This document shows positions 52,627 to 64,000 of a DNA stretch of 64,000 bases, piece after piece. A program made the position numbers and the translations under genes. Source of the stretch: Octopus bimaculoides (lineage: Eukaryota); the NCBI RefSeq assembly GCF_001194135.2, contig NC_068987.1, positions 78,218,557 to 78,282,556 of the forward strand, written 5' to 3'. The notes below the pieces were generated by a model, which ran no database searches, had not been told where the DNA came from, and saw only the letters and a list, made by a program, of their open reading frames with translations. Within the stretch, counting starts at the first letter, position 1. Each line of letters begins with the position of its first letter.

Positions 52627-52776
52627 AATATGATGACACAAATTTAAATACCGGATCCATAACATAGTAAATTTATGGACACAGTTTAATATTAGATCAA
52701 CGTAACGTTGAACCGAACAACCTAAAGTAGCTCAACTGATACGACAATTTAAAGCAGCCTATGTTATTTAACTTTA

Positions 52777-52866
52777 TGCCTGTGTATCGATTATACAGAA
52801 TAAGTATGTCTGTGTATCGATCATAGAGAAAAAATCTGCCTGTGTATTGATCATACAGATTAAATT
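52777..52866 (+). repeat. 3 x 30-bp minisatellite
   Basis: Unit TGCCTGTGTATCGATTATACAGAATAAGTA with variants. Confidence 0.85.
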
Positions 52867-53309
52867 TAGTTGTATTAGAACTATTTATTTGAAATGGTGA
52901 TCACAAAAGTTTATTTTTCATGTGGTGATCAGTTTAGAACGACATTTCATATGTTTGACAATGAAACTTACCGCATGGGCATAGTCTATACACAGATTCA
53001 TTTGTTTATACAACAAACCAATTAATTTGCGCAGTGTAATGACGGTCCAATTGCTGTCGCAACAGCTGAAGAGCACCTAGCTGGAAGCGAAGATCCTTTT
53101 CATCATTTGACTCATTTAAAGATGATGACAATCATCCTCGATAGACGAATGGAAATCGTACGCCGCCATATCATCTAAAATAAATTCAAAATTTGAAAAC
53201 TATAATCTAATCACCTGTTGCACTTCGAAGAGGAGACTTCTTTTTGGAAATACTTTTCGAGGAAAATGAATATGATTCATTTTATATCAAAATAGTTCAT
53301 ATACATTAT

Positions 53310-53567
53310 TTACAATTGAGGGATATTTGTCCTCATCTTGTTTGTTGTTAACACAACGTTTCGGCTGATATACCCTCCAGCTTTCATCAGGTGTCTTGGG
53401 GAAATTTCAAACCTGGGTTCTCATTCCTAAGGTATTTTTCGATGTTGTTGTTGTTGTTGTTGTTGTTGTTATTATTATTATTATTATTATTCAGGTCACT
53501 GTCTGGAATCGAACTCGGAATCTTAGGGTTAGTTGTCCGCGCTCTTAACCAGTACGCCATATGCTCA
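53310..53567 (-). mobile_element. Composite tRNA-head / (AAT)n(AAC)n / Penelope-like hammerhead-tail element
   Basis: A box TGGCGTACTGG and B box GAGTTCGATTCC (53567-53491), microsatellite spacer, then tail homologous to 14860-15015. Confidence 0.65.
53350..53395 (-). ncRNA. Minimal type I hammerhead ribozyme motif (PLE type)
   Basis: GACAC-CUGAUGA-A-AGCUG(GAGGGUAUAU)CAGCC-GAAAC-GU-U-GUGUU. Confidence 0.65.
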
Positions 53568-53752
53568 CCAGGTCTTACAAATATATATAACATACAGAAA
53601 ATTGCACTACTGAGCACTGCACACATCCTACACAAAACACTTTCAATACAATAACCATAAGAGCATCACAGCAAACCACAGCACATACCCAAGGCACAGA
53701 GAGCTGCGCTCGGTAGTGAAGTGAAAGCACGTTATAAAAATAAAACTACTGA
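53568..53752 (+). mobile_element. R4/Dong-type LINE 3' end with (AAT)n tail
   Basis: PGLTNIYNIQKIALLSTAHILHKTLSIQ* matches the R4/Dong C-terminal IQK.ALLGTAHILR motif; 3' UTR shared with 12570-12672. Confidence 0.8.
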
Positions 53753-53774
53753 ACAATAATAATAATAATGATAA

Positions 53775-53985
53775 TAATGGGCTCAATCCCATTGAAACTT
53801 CAAAACTTCTTAAGGCAGCTGGAAATCCCATGCAAGATTGATGTCTTGCAAAAAGCAGCCTTATTGGGCACAGCACATCATCTTAAGGAAAGTATTATCT
53901 GTCTGAGGTCCTTGTTGTGACTTGACAGATGACTAAAGGCTCCGGTGCATTTTTACCTACACTGTATAACGAAGGAATAATAAAG
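53775..53985 (+). mobile_element. Second R4/Dong-type LINE 3' end with (GAT)n tail
   Basis: GSIPLKLQNFLRQLEIPCKIDVLQKAALLGTAH/LRKVLSV*, then a different 3' UTR. Confidence 0.8.
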
Positions 53986-54006
53986 ATGATGATGATGATG
54001 ATGATA

Positions 54007-54480
54007 AATGCTCTGATGCAGTACCAAGCCGTGGCTGTCATGGCTTCTTATCGCAACTGATTGGAAGTATTAATTTGTACATGTTTTGTCTTGGTGTAAA
54101 AGAGTGGCTACACTCAATACCGCAGATCTGCTTGTCACTTGCTTGACCTTAACAATTCGAGCATGTCGCTTAGTTGCTGGTAATATGTGCGTCTCTGATC
54201 AGGAGCAGTAGTGGTGGGAGCATCATAACCATATGTTGAAATGCACTCTTTGGGATTCGAATAATTCACATCTGGAAACATGCGTGTTTCGTTCATCATC
54301 CTTAAACAACTCATATTCATGAATCCCTTGAGCAGGATGGGCTGCTCGCCATGAAGAAAATTATAACTGGGTCCCACCTGTAAGGTCATGTGCTGTTTAT
54401 CTTGTTATGAGGTCAGCATGTCATGCATATATTGTTGTAATGCATGTGCCTGGTGTACTCTTCTGAGATGGGTATATTAG
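54007..54480 (+). mobile_element. Unclassified repeat family D
   Basis: Homologous to 10405-10860. Confidence 0.75.
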
Positions 54481-54860
54481 GCTTTTGTACTGGGCTAGTA
54501 CTTTCTGTTATAGACGCAGAAAGAGCAAAAGGCTAAGTTGATCTCTGTCGGCTTTGAACTCAGAGTGTAAAGAGCCAGAACACATATCAGGAAGCATTTT
54601 GTCTGATGCTCAAACAATACTACTAGTTCACTTTTTGTATTGCTTCTACTCAAGGTACAACGCCTGAAATTTGAGATAGCCAGTTAGTCGATTAAATTGA
54701 CCCCCAGCACTTGACTGACACTGTATCTTATCTCCCCGAAGGTGGGGTGAAAGGCAAAGTTAACCTCAGCAGTTTGAGTTGATTTGAACTCAGAACAAAA
54801 AGGCAGAAAAAATAACTCAAGGTATATTGCCCGATGCTTTAATGATCCAATCAGTGCACC
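54480..54860 (-). mobile_element. Two degenerate tandem SINE family A copies
   Basis: GCTTTGAACTCAGAGTG and GAAAGGCAAAGTTAACCTCAG...TTTGAACTCAGAAC cores. Confidence 0.7.
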
Positions 54861-55829
54861 AAATAATACAATTTTAAAGTGGAGTTGTGGGTACTGTATA
54901 TTGAAACCAGCAGAGGACTTACACTTGTTATTTAAAATTGCATTATATTAATTTATTTGTTCTCTAAAAAAATCGTCCCATAAAAAGTACACATTTTTAT
55001 TCATACAGTTTATTTCCAATAGTTACGTTAATTTATTGTGTGTTAAGTGACTGAACAATTTGATCACCAAATCAAATGCCTTATGGTAATGATTTTCGGC
55101 CTTCTATTGTCTAAAATCAAATGCTGCTGGTTCGACATTGCCACATTAATTACTTTTAATGATTTGTTTTACATTTTATAGCATATAAGACTTTTCTTCT
55201 CAACAAAATGTCAGAAAAAACATTATCCGTAAGCTAATTATGTCCTTAACACCTACTATTGTTTTCTGCCTTTGAAGATGATTAAAGTTTCTCTTACTGT
55301 GTTTTGGTTGAAGATCAACTGTAGTGGAAGCTTGGTTTTTATAAAATGCATTCTGCTTTGTTTTTCCTCTTGCATGTTTTATTACTGTAACCATGATACA
55401 TCTGCCAATGATAATTGCTTCATGTTCAGCTGTACCACTAATATTTATATACAGTAATATCCAACTTAAAACACCTTATAAGAACACCGAATACTGCGTT
55501 ATTAGCTTTGAGAGATCCTCTCATATAGGCGCCTGGTGCATAAAGACACACACATTGATCATAGTGGACGAGAATTTTCTGTCATGGACGCCGGCGCAAT
55601 ATCGGTGTTATAACAAGGCATCCATGTTAATACTGCTTCCGTCACTAAAGATTAATATATACAGTAATGCTTTCTGTCTTAGTAGAAGGTCATTTTGTAA
55701 TGTTTTGTAATGTACAACCAGATTGTTTTAAGTATTAAATGCTTTAAAGCACAAGACAGCTTTTTTTGCTGAATATGCGCTTCTAAGATGAGTGTGTTTC
55801 TAATATGTCGGTGTGTCGTTTTACCATCA

Positions 55830-56852
55830 AATACGGTAGTAAAAGATGGATGAACTGCGTCCGAGACATTTTCCATTCTGTCTAAGCTTGGTAGATGTAA
55901 GCTATCCTCGAACTGAAGATCAAATATTTGTTAAAAGCACGCATGGTGACAAGTATTAAACTGAACAAAGTTAATCATTCAGGTGTTAAGATTATGTTCA
56001 CTTATGAACTGGAGCTATTTCAACCTATTATAGACCTACATTAGACTGATCTTAATGTAAAAAATCATTAAGATACTGAAGACGATGGCTGTGGTTGATA
56101 AGTTGATTAGAACATCACATGATAAATGCATCTCATAATTTAGCTTCCATCATTTCAATGTCATTATTTAATGCCAACTGTTAATGAAAGTCTTCGGAAT
56201 ATACCGTGTCGATTGTACCTACTTTATATTCTGGTATGAAATGAATTTACCATTAAATTAGCATTTTGTCTAGGGACAAAGGAAGAGGCTATATCCATGA
56301 GATAAGATGACCATTCGAGAAAGTTGGTGAGATTGATACAGTTAATTTTCCTCTTTACGTTCAAATGTATTAATTTGAAGATGCTAAATGCAATCAAGTA
56401 TTAATATACATAAACATACATAAGATGGCGAACTAGCAGAGTCGTAAGTACGTCGGACAAAATGCTTAGCGGCATTTCATCCGTCACTATATTCTGAGTT
56501 TAAATTCCGACGATATCGACGTTGCCTTGTATCATTTTGTAGTCGATAAAATAAGTACCTGTTGAAAACTGGGGTCGATTTAATAGACTCAGCCCTCCCA
56601 CAACCCTGTTGGCCTTGTGCCAAAATTCTAAACCAATATGCAGAAACACATAAACGCGTGCGCGCGTAGGTTAGAATAGAGACGGCTGATGAAGGAATAT
56701 TCCAAGTGGCTTTCCGTTTTCCTATGTGTTCGTTCCGTTGTCTGTAGTTCGTTGTTCTAACGTCCTGTACCCTGATATGCATATATATATACACATGTAG
56801 ATGTAAGTATGTACATATATGTGTGTATACATGTATATATATTCTTTGTATT

Positions 56853-56897
<45 letters not shown>

Positions 56898-57525
56898 ATA
56901 GAAATAATATTATTAGGGATAAAAATCCAAATTTACAGGTAAAAACTCAATTAAATTCAATTTATTAAAAATTAAAATTAAATTAAGCTTCAGATATGTG
57001 ACAGTGGATTTTCATCGATGAGTTCATGAACCTTGGTTCTTTTCCCTAAAACTATATACATATATATATATTCTAGACAACTTGAACATGCAAGTAATAC
57101 CAGTCGAAAGCTCCGCATACCGAAAGCCAGTAAATGTATGGGGTCATCAGGAAAGAATGCACGCCGTTCCGGAGTCTGCCTCTCGACGGCAGCATTGCGC
57201 CCCGCCAACCCTCACTGACATGAGGCCCCACTTGCTAGATCAACTGGTTATCAAATATAGCTCAATATTCTTCTAGCCGCATATCGTTAATGGTGGTATT
57301 TACAATTAGTTAGGTGTAATGATAACTAGGGCTATAATAGGTTAAAATTACTCAGTGCATGAGTGAATATAATCTGTTAACAACTGAATGTTCAGTTTAA
57401 TACTTGTCATCATGCGTGCTTTTAACAAATATTTGATCTTCGGTTCGAGGATGGCTTACATCTACCAAGCTTAGATAGAATGGAAATTGTCTCGCACGCA
57501 GCTCTTCCATCTTTTACTACCGTAT
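55830..57525. mobile_element. Element bounded by ~200-bp inverted repeats (non-autonomous DNA transposon or inverted duplication)
   Basis: 55830-56040 is the reverse complement of 57324-57525 (ATACGGTAGTAAAAGATGG / CCATCTTTTACTACCGTAT), with few mismatches and one 10-bp indel. Confidence 0.7.
56422..56639 (+). mobile_element. SINE family A nested in the long-TIR element
   Basis: GGACAAAATGCTTAGCGGCATTTC...TTCTGAGTTTAAATTCCG. Confidence 0.85.
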
Positions 57526-57529
57526 ATTG

Positions 57530-57566
<37 letters not shown>

Positions 57567-60199
57567 CATATATATATATATATATCAACGGCCATTGAAC
57601 TTTCAATTCACAAACCTTTCATATTTTACATTTTTTCTGGACTCTTAACTTTCTGTAAGTCGCACTGTATATATACATAAACGGCACAAAAACGCAGTAG
57701 AGGACAATAAAACATTCAGACAGATAGACGATACAAAAGCGGACNNNNNNNNNNNNNNNNNNNNNNNNNNNNNNNNNNNNNNNNNNNNNNNNNNNNNNNN
57801 NNNNNNNNNNNNNNNNNNNNNNNNNNNNNNNNNNNNNNNNNNNNNNNNNNNNNNNNNNNNNNNNNNNNNNNNNNNNNNNNNNNNNNNNNNNNNNNNNNNN
57901 NNNNNNNNNNNNNNNNNNNNNNNNNNNNNNNNNNNNNNNNNNNNNNNNNNNNNNNNNNNNNNNNNNNNNNNNNNNNNNNNNNNNNNNNNNNNNNNNNNNN
58001 NNNNNNNNNNNNNNNNNNNNNNNNNNNNNNNNNNNNNNNNNNNNNNNNNNNNNNNNNNNNNNNNNNNNNNNNNNNNNNNNNNNNNNNNNNNNNNNNNNNN
58101 NNNNNNNNNNNNNNNNNNNNNNNNNNNNNNNNNNNNNNNNNNNNNNNNNNNNNNNNNNNNNNNNNNNNNNNNNNNNNNNNNNNNNNNNNNNNNNNNNNNN
58201 NNNNNNNNNNNNNNNNNNNNNNNNNNNNNNNNNNNNNNNNNNNNNNNNNNNNNNNNNNNNNNNNNNNNNNNNNNNNNNNNNNNNNNNNNNNNNNNNNNNN
58301 NNNNNNNNNNNNNNNNNNNNNNNNNNNNNNNNNNNNNNNNNNNNNNNNNNNNNNNNNNNNNNNNNNNNNNNNNNNNNNNNNNNNNNNNNNNNNNNNNNNN
58401 NNNNNNNNNNNNNNNNNNNNNNNNNNNNNNNNNNNNNNNNNNNNNNNNNNNNNNNNGAGAGAGAGAGAGAAAGAGAGGGAGAGAGAGAGGGAGAGAGAAA
58501 GAGAGGGAGAGAGAGAGGGAGAGAGAGAGGGAGAGAGAGAGAGAGGGAGGAGAGAGAGAGGGTAGATGGGGAGAGATTAGAGAGACAGTGAAAGAGTGAG
58601 AGAGAAAATGTACAGTGAGAGAGAGAAATGTGATCGTACTGAGATATATGAATGGAGTGTATGTGTTTGCTGAAGGCGATTAAAACCCTACCACCACAGC
58701 AGCGCTTCAGTATTTAACGCTAGTAGGTAGGTGTATCATGTACCGAAGTTTAGATAAGGCGTACATTATACTTGAATACTGTTAACGTGTCAGGTGTGAT
58801 AATTATCCGCTTCTCATACTTTCTGTCCGATTTAAATAAAAGAGAATGAATCGAGTTACAGTAAGTTACTCGGCTTTCGTTTACAAACTACACTCACTGC
58901 ATGAGGTCTATTCATATATGTGAACATACAGAAGATACTGTTGTGATTTATTGTCTGTGAATATGTGTTTATTTATTTCTTTATTTTTTCTCGTTGATTT
59001 ATTTCGACTTCACACACCCATTTCTGGTTGGTGGTCTTATAAATATGTTACTACTTTCTCTTTAAACATATATAGATGAAGCGCTAACTGTGCGCCTTGA
59101 AATATTGTCAACTAGCTGTCTTAGCTTTACCTCAACGGATTTTCATCTCAACTGAAGCAGGTGGAAAGTGTTACTTTTCTAAATTGGTTGTGAGCTTAAG
59201 CCAAAAGGCTGGCTACATTAGCTTTGGTTTGTTACATACATACATACCACACGCACGCGCGCACACACACACATGCCACGGAATAGAGATATTAAATCCA
59301 GGCAAATCCCTTACGCACACTCTGATCTAGAACCCTAAGAGACATTCACAAGAAACGCATGTCGGAATATAACATAAATAAAATACTTCTTATTAAATAA
59401 ATTTTGGTGATATATAACTCTTCATTCTTCACTATAATATCTATCTATCTCCCTACTTTTCTTTTCAAAATCTGTAGGACATATTCCATTAGCATTACTT
59501 CTACATATGTCTTGTCTTAATGCTGTCATATAATCGTCAGGCCTACATTTCTATGTGTATATTTATATATATACCGACTACCTGTGTCGCATGTTTGTTT
59601 TTGTCATCAACCTTTACGTTTACTCACTTATTCCCAGTAGCTTCTTGCTGTTGCTTCCACCACAATAAACAATTTTATCGTTAAAGGCATCAGATTCTTA
59701 TGATTTTTTTAACGATAACTGATGAGTGAAGAGCAACTCCACGTCTTGTGTGTGAATTTTCCGTGTGTTCCTTTGTCTTTCTTCTGTGCAATTCTTAAAT
59801 CCTATATATACGTATATATAGTTTTTCAAAAGAATTAACTCTACGTGATAAAACATTTTCTTAAACTAAAAGTTGATAATCAAAAGATATATTTAAGAAA
59901 AAAGAAAAGGAAAACAGACTTCCTCGAACCTTTTGGAAGGTAGTTTCGTATTATGTGTAAGCGCTTTCTGTGTATGCTCTAAAAGCTAAACAGTAAGAGA
60001 ACTTACGAAAAATAAAACTTCCTTTCAAATGGTGCATATCATTTTGTTTTTTTTTCTTAATGATTTTTATATAATTAATAAATTTCGTTTCTAAGAAATC
60101 ATTTCGTAGTGCATGCGCACACACACACACATACACACACACACGCGCATATATATATACATACACGTATACATGCACACACAAATATATATATGTTTC

Positions 60200-60262
<63 letters not shown>

Positions 60263-60518
60263 NNNNNNNNNNNNNNNNNNNNNNNNNNNNNNNNNNNNNN
60301 NNNNNNNNNNNNNNNNNNNNNNNNNNNNNNNNNNNNNNNNNNNNNNNNNNNNNNNNNNNNNNNNNNNNNNNNNNNNNNNNNNNNNNNNNNNNNNNNNNNN
60401 NNNNNNNNNNNNNNNNNNNNNNNNNNNNNNNNNNNNNNNNNNNNNNNNNNNNNNNNNNNNNNNNNNNNNNNNNNNNNNNNNNNNNNNNNNNNNNNNNNNN
60501 NNNNNNNNNNNNNNNNNN

Positions 60519-60556
<38 letters not shown>

Positions 60557-61553
60557 ACAGAGGACCACTCGGCTTTCGCTTATAAACCACACACACACCA
60601 CACGCACGCACACGCACACACGCAGATACACACAGGCACACGCACGCACGCACACTCACACTCACACACATGCACTTGTATATATGTGTGTGTGTGTATT
60701 GCTTTGAAGCACCGTATCGTGAAATCGCTGAAGATTCTGAGTATTTTAGAGGAAAAGGAATAGAAAAAACGAAACATTTCTGTCGGTACTATAGGAATTA
60801 TTGACTTATATAGATAGAAATAGAGTTTCCTGACCATTTAGATAAAATTGCGTGTTGAACTTTACAAATAAGTTAGGAAACAATTGGTATGTGTGAATAC
60901 TGTCAAGAGTAATAGGTTTGGCTTCGTTACTTTTGCTCTTGTTTGGTTTTAATTTACTAAATTTCACATTGTTCTAACTTATACTTAGTGAAACACCTTA
61001 AGAAAATCCTACATTTTCGAAGTTGATAGCTGTAGGAAATCATAGTAAAGTATTTTACTTTAAAACCTAAACGAAATGCATGCTGAAGTCTGTGATATCT
61101 TCTTTAGCACATCGTGCTTTACGAAACCTTAAATCCATAAGTGATATTCCTGAAAAAAAGAAAGATTAAAAGGAATTAAAATTGTATTTTGTTTTCGATT
61201 AAAGAATTAAACTGATAACAGTTTAGGAAACAGCTTCATAGCACATTGATTATGAATAATTAAAATAATTAATCCAAATTTACATAAAGTCAAAAGCTGG
61301 ACAGGAAGATAATACATTCTTTAGTATTAACAGATATACCTTCATTTTCTTAATTATATTAAAGAATGGTTTGAATTTTAAATACAGCTCTAATATTAAT
61401 TAAAATATTTAAATTATTGTTAATATTATGTAAGATATTTGAATAGTATTTAGAATATTTAAGAGGTTTATAGAAATTTGAAATTAGAAGAAATATAAAA
61501 ATAAAATGAAATGTGGTAGTTTGCAGAGGGAGATAAAGAGAGAGAGAACGAGT

Positions 61554-61584
<31 letters not shown>

Positions 61585-63232
61585 AGAGAAGGGGAGAGAG
61601 AGACAAGAGACAGTCAGAGAGAGAGAGAGAGAGGGGGGAGAGAGAGGGAGAGAGAGAAAGAGCGAGAGAAAGAGAAAATGAGATAGAGAGACGAGAATGA
61701 AATAATATATATTAGTATAAAATATTCATATTCAAACAGTTTCAGAAAACAAGAACAGAATATTACAAACAGAAGTAGTTTCCTCAATAATACATATTTT
61801 GAAAGATTTAACAGAGCCTAATTCTCAATAGTTTTTGCCAATGCAATTTTCGCTGTAATTCTATTTGGATTTATTTAAAATATTCAGCTCCCATAATATC
61901 AAATGAAATGTATGAATCGTTGTATAAATCGAATTATCTGCTATACCAGAATTAGTTTTAAACCATTTATCTGTCGTTGTATAGTTCTTTTTCTCAATTT
62001 GAAAGTGAATCTTACAACTACAGCTTCGTTCTAAAATCCTGTTATTCAGATTTCTGGTTTAGAAATAAAAACTACAGATTTTCAAGTTCGACAGCAGCTA
62101 CAACAATTCCTTAACTTTGGTGAAGCGATAGCGTGGTTCAAATAAACTGGGATGTAGTAAAAACGAAACTGAATATTGTGATTATAGACATGAATTGCAT
62201 ACAATTAACTTTCAGTTTCTCTCTTTCGGTTTTTTTTATCCACAACCTAACATTATGTCATATGTTTGCATACTGTAAATGCCAAGAAGATACTTTTAGC
62301 AGCCATTTAACCTAAGATTGTATTTTGATCTGATTATATTGACTAAAGAACTTTCATATGAAAACCATTTATGAATACGGTCTTTTTCTTGTTGAAATAA
62401 ATGTTATCAAGACATCAAAGTTATATTGATAGTTAAAGGTCATTTTTTTCCTCATTTTTTTTCGACGATTTATAAAGATGAGTCACTGAAGTAGTTAAGT
62501 ACATAGACTATCATTTTCTACATATAAGAGGTCAGCTAAAGCTAAGATTGTTAAATATCTTTTTAATTAAAAATTTCATTAAAATAGAGGACTAGTTCCT
62601 GGTCTCTATTTTCAGCTTTCACAATAGAGCTAAATTATTATCGAAGAAAGGTAGAACTTTATGACCTAGTTTTATTCTTGTCTAGATCTACTTCAAAATA
62701 TTTTTGCTGTTTGTTGCTCTTAAAAACAGCATCAGTAACGTATGATATTAAAAAAAAAAATCTTATACCTTTTCCCGATCCGGAGAAGAATATTTAGTGG
62801 CGTAACTGTAAAGTAGAAGTGAATTCTGGATCAGGGTAGTGGAACTGAACACAAGCACTGAAAAATATAACTCCAACAAGACTAAGTCATATATACCTAT
62901 AAATTTGCAAAATCAAAGATTCATAAGCTTGGACAATGAGAATGGTCCTTCATGTCCCTTGCTACAGATTATTCCGTGGCTCGAAAATGTGATATCCTGG
63001 ACAAGAGCTTACATCTACTTTAAACTACATTTTACTGTTGTAATTTTTCGTCTTCAGTTATAAAATAATGTTTTTAAGATTAACTCGAACGTCTCACGGT
63101 AATTTCTTTTTCACCTCAGCACCTAATTACTGAAATCCTACAGAAACGACAGTTTTGCATCTCAATTTCATGAAATAAAATTGTTCTTATGTAAAAAAAA
63201 AAAAAGACTAAAATACTTAGGTCTTTTATCAG

Positions 63233-63313
63233 AACGCCCCAAAACAAACAGGCAGTCGAGAAATTTATCGCAAGCTCAAGAAATCTAAATTAGGAATTAT
63301 TGGACCGTTGAAG
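63233..63313 (+). CDS. Possible 81-nt phase-0 exon of an unidentified gene (NAPKQTGSREIYRKLKKSKLGIIGPLK)
   Basis: GTCTTTTATCAG acceptor, strong AAG|GTGAGT donor, only one frame open, length divisible by 3; no homology recognised. Confidence 0.3.
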
Positions 63314-64000
63314 GTGAGTATTTGCAGTAGAGATTTTATTGATTCTGAATAAATGAGACGCTAAATCGCTCCAGATAGGTTTTAAATATAGATTAGTTGA
63401 TTACTGAATTCAAATACATGTCGTGGACTTGCTCGTCATTTTATGTTTCGCCGTTTTCATTGTTCGCTTATTTAGAAGTAAAGGTGATTTCTAAATTAAA
63501 CACAATACCAGATACTTCTGCATAAGGTTACAATCGGTTATATGAACTCTTATGCTTTGTTGAGTTTTACTTTATCGACACCGGAGGGATTTTACAGAAA
63601 AAGTATCTCATTGGGATATGAAGTCAACAGTAAAGAGACAAAGTTAACTGGCGCAAAACATTTTATATTCAGAAATACCAGACGTAAAAATTACCTGAGA
63701 AATTTGTCCTAGGTACATGAGAAAAACTGGCGTTGTATATGAACATAAATCTTACTTCACATAACTAGCGGGAATAATTTGTCTATTATATTGAATTTTT
63801 TCAGCGATATTAATTGAGAGAAGTTTTCATCTAAAACCTGTTTAACATCACAGAAATAAAGTTGTGTTTAAATCACAACTTTAGTTCTATGATGTTTATA
63901 TCACTGCATCATGAAACTTCTCACACCACACAGTAATACTACATTTGCTATATTTTAAATACTGTTCAAATATCTTATTACATAACTAAAAATTAATATA

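Noticed and set aside
53065-53095. CTGAAGAGCACCTAGCTGGAAGCG hammerhead-like string
   Set aside because: GAAAC is doubly mismatched and no stem I is evident.
53491-53567. Functional tRNA gene
   Set aside because: A and B boxes are present, but there is no convincing acceptor stem, anticodon arm or oligo-T terminator; treated as a SINE head.
60728-60790. CTGAAGA...GAAAC...GTC hammerhead-like word order
   Set aside because: No stem I pairing, and no stem II adjacent to the core.

Overview
AT-rich, gap-riddled eukaryotic genomic DNA with about 14 N-runs and many (AT)n, (AC)n, (AG)n, (TATC)n and (AAT)n microsatellites. The SINE families look octopus/cephalopod-like; this is inferred from recognising the repeats, not from a database match. 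No host protein-coding gene can be identified, and nearly all ORFs in the supplied track are microsatellite or N-gap artefacts. The window reads as intronic or intergenic DNA dominated by mobile elements: more than 20 copies of one tRNA-derived SINE (family A), about 13 of a CORE-like SINE (family B), two of a third SINE, a nearly complete Merlin (IS1595/ISXO2-like) transposase pseudogene, R4/Dong-type LINE 3' ends sitting in (AAT)n/(GAT)n arrays, CR1/L2-like and RTE-like LINE remnants, piggyBac and hAT MITEs, a MITE carrying (TTAGGG)7 and a split Helentron-like element. The most interesting signal is a set of hammerhead-ribozyme (HHR) motifs from several distinct families. One is a complete type I HHR with all core nucleotides and a GUC site (45666-45728, minus strand). 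Another is a composite with a Pol III tRNA-like head followed by a Penelope-type minimal HHR tail (53310-53567). The better-preserved HHR motifs all lie on the minus strand, while both plus-strand motifs lack GAAA. All structures were folded by eye and none has been tested.
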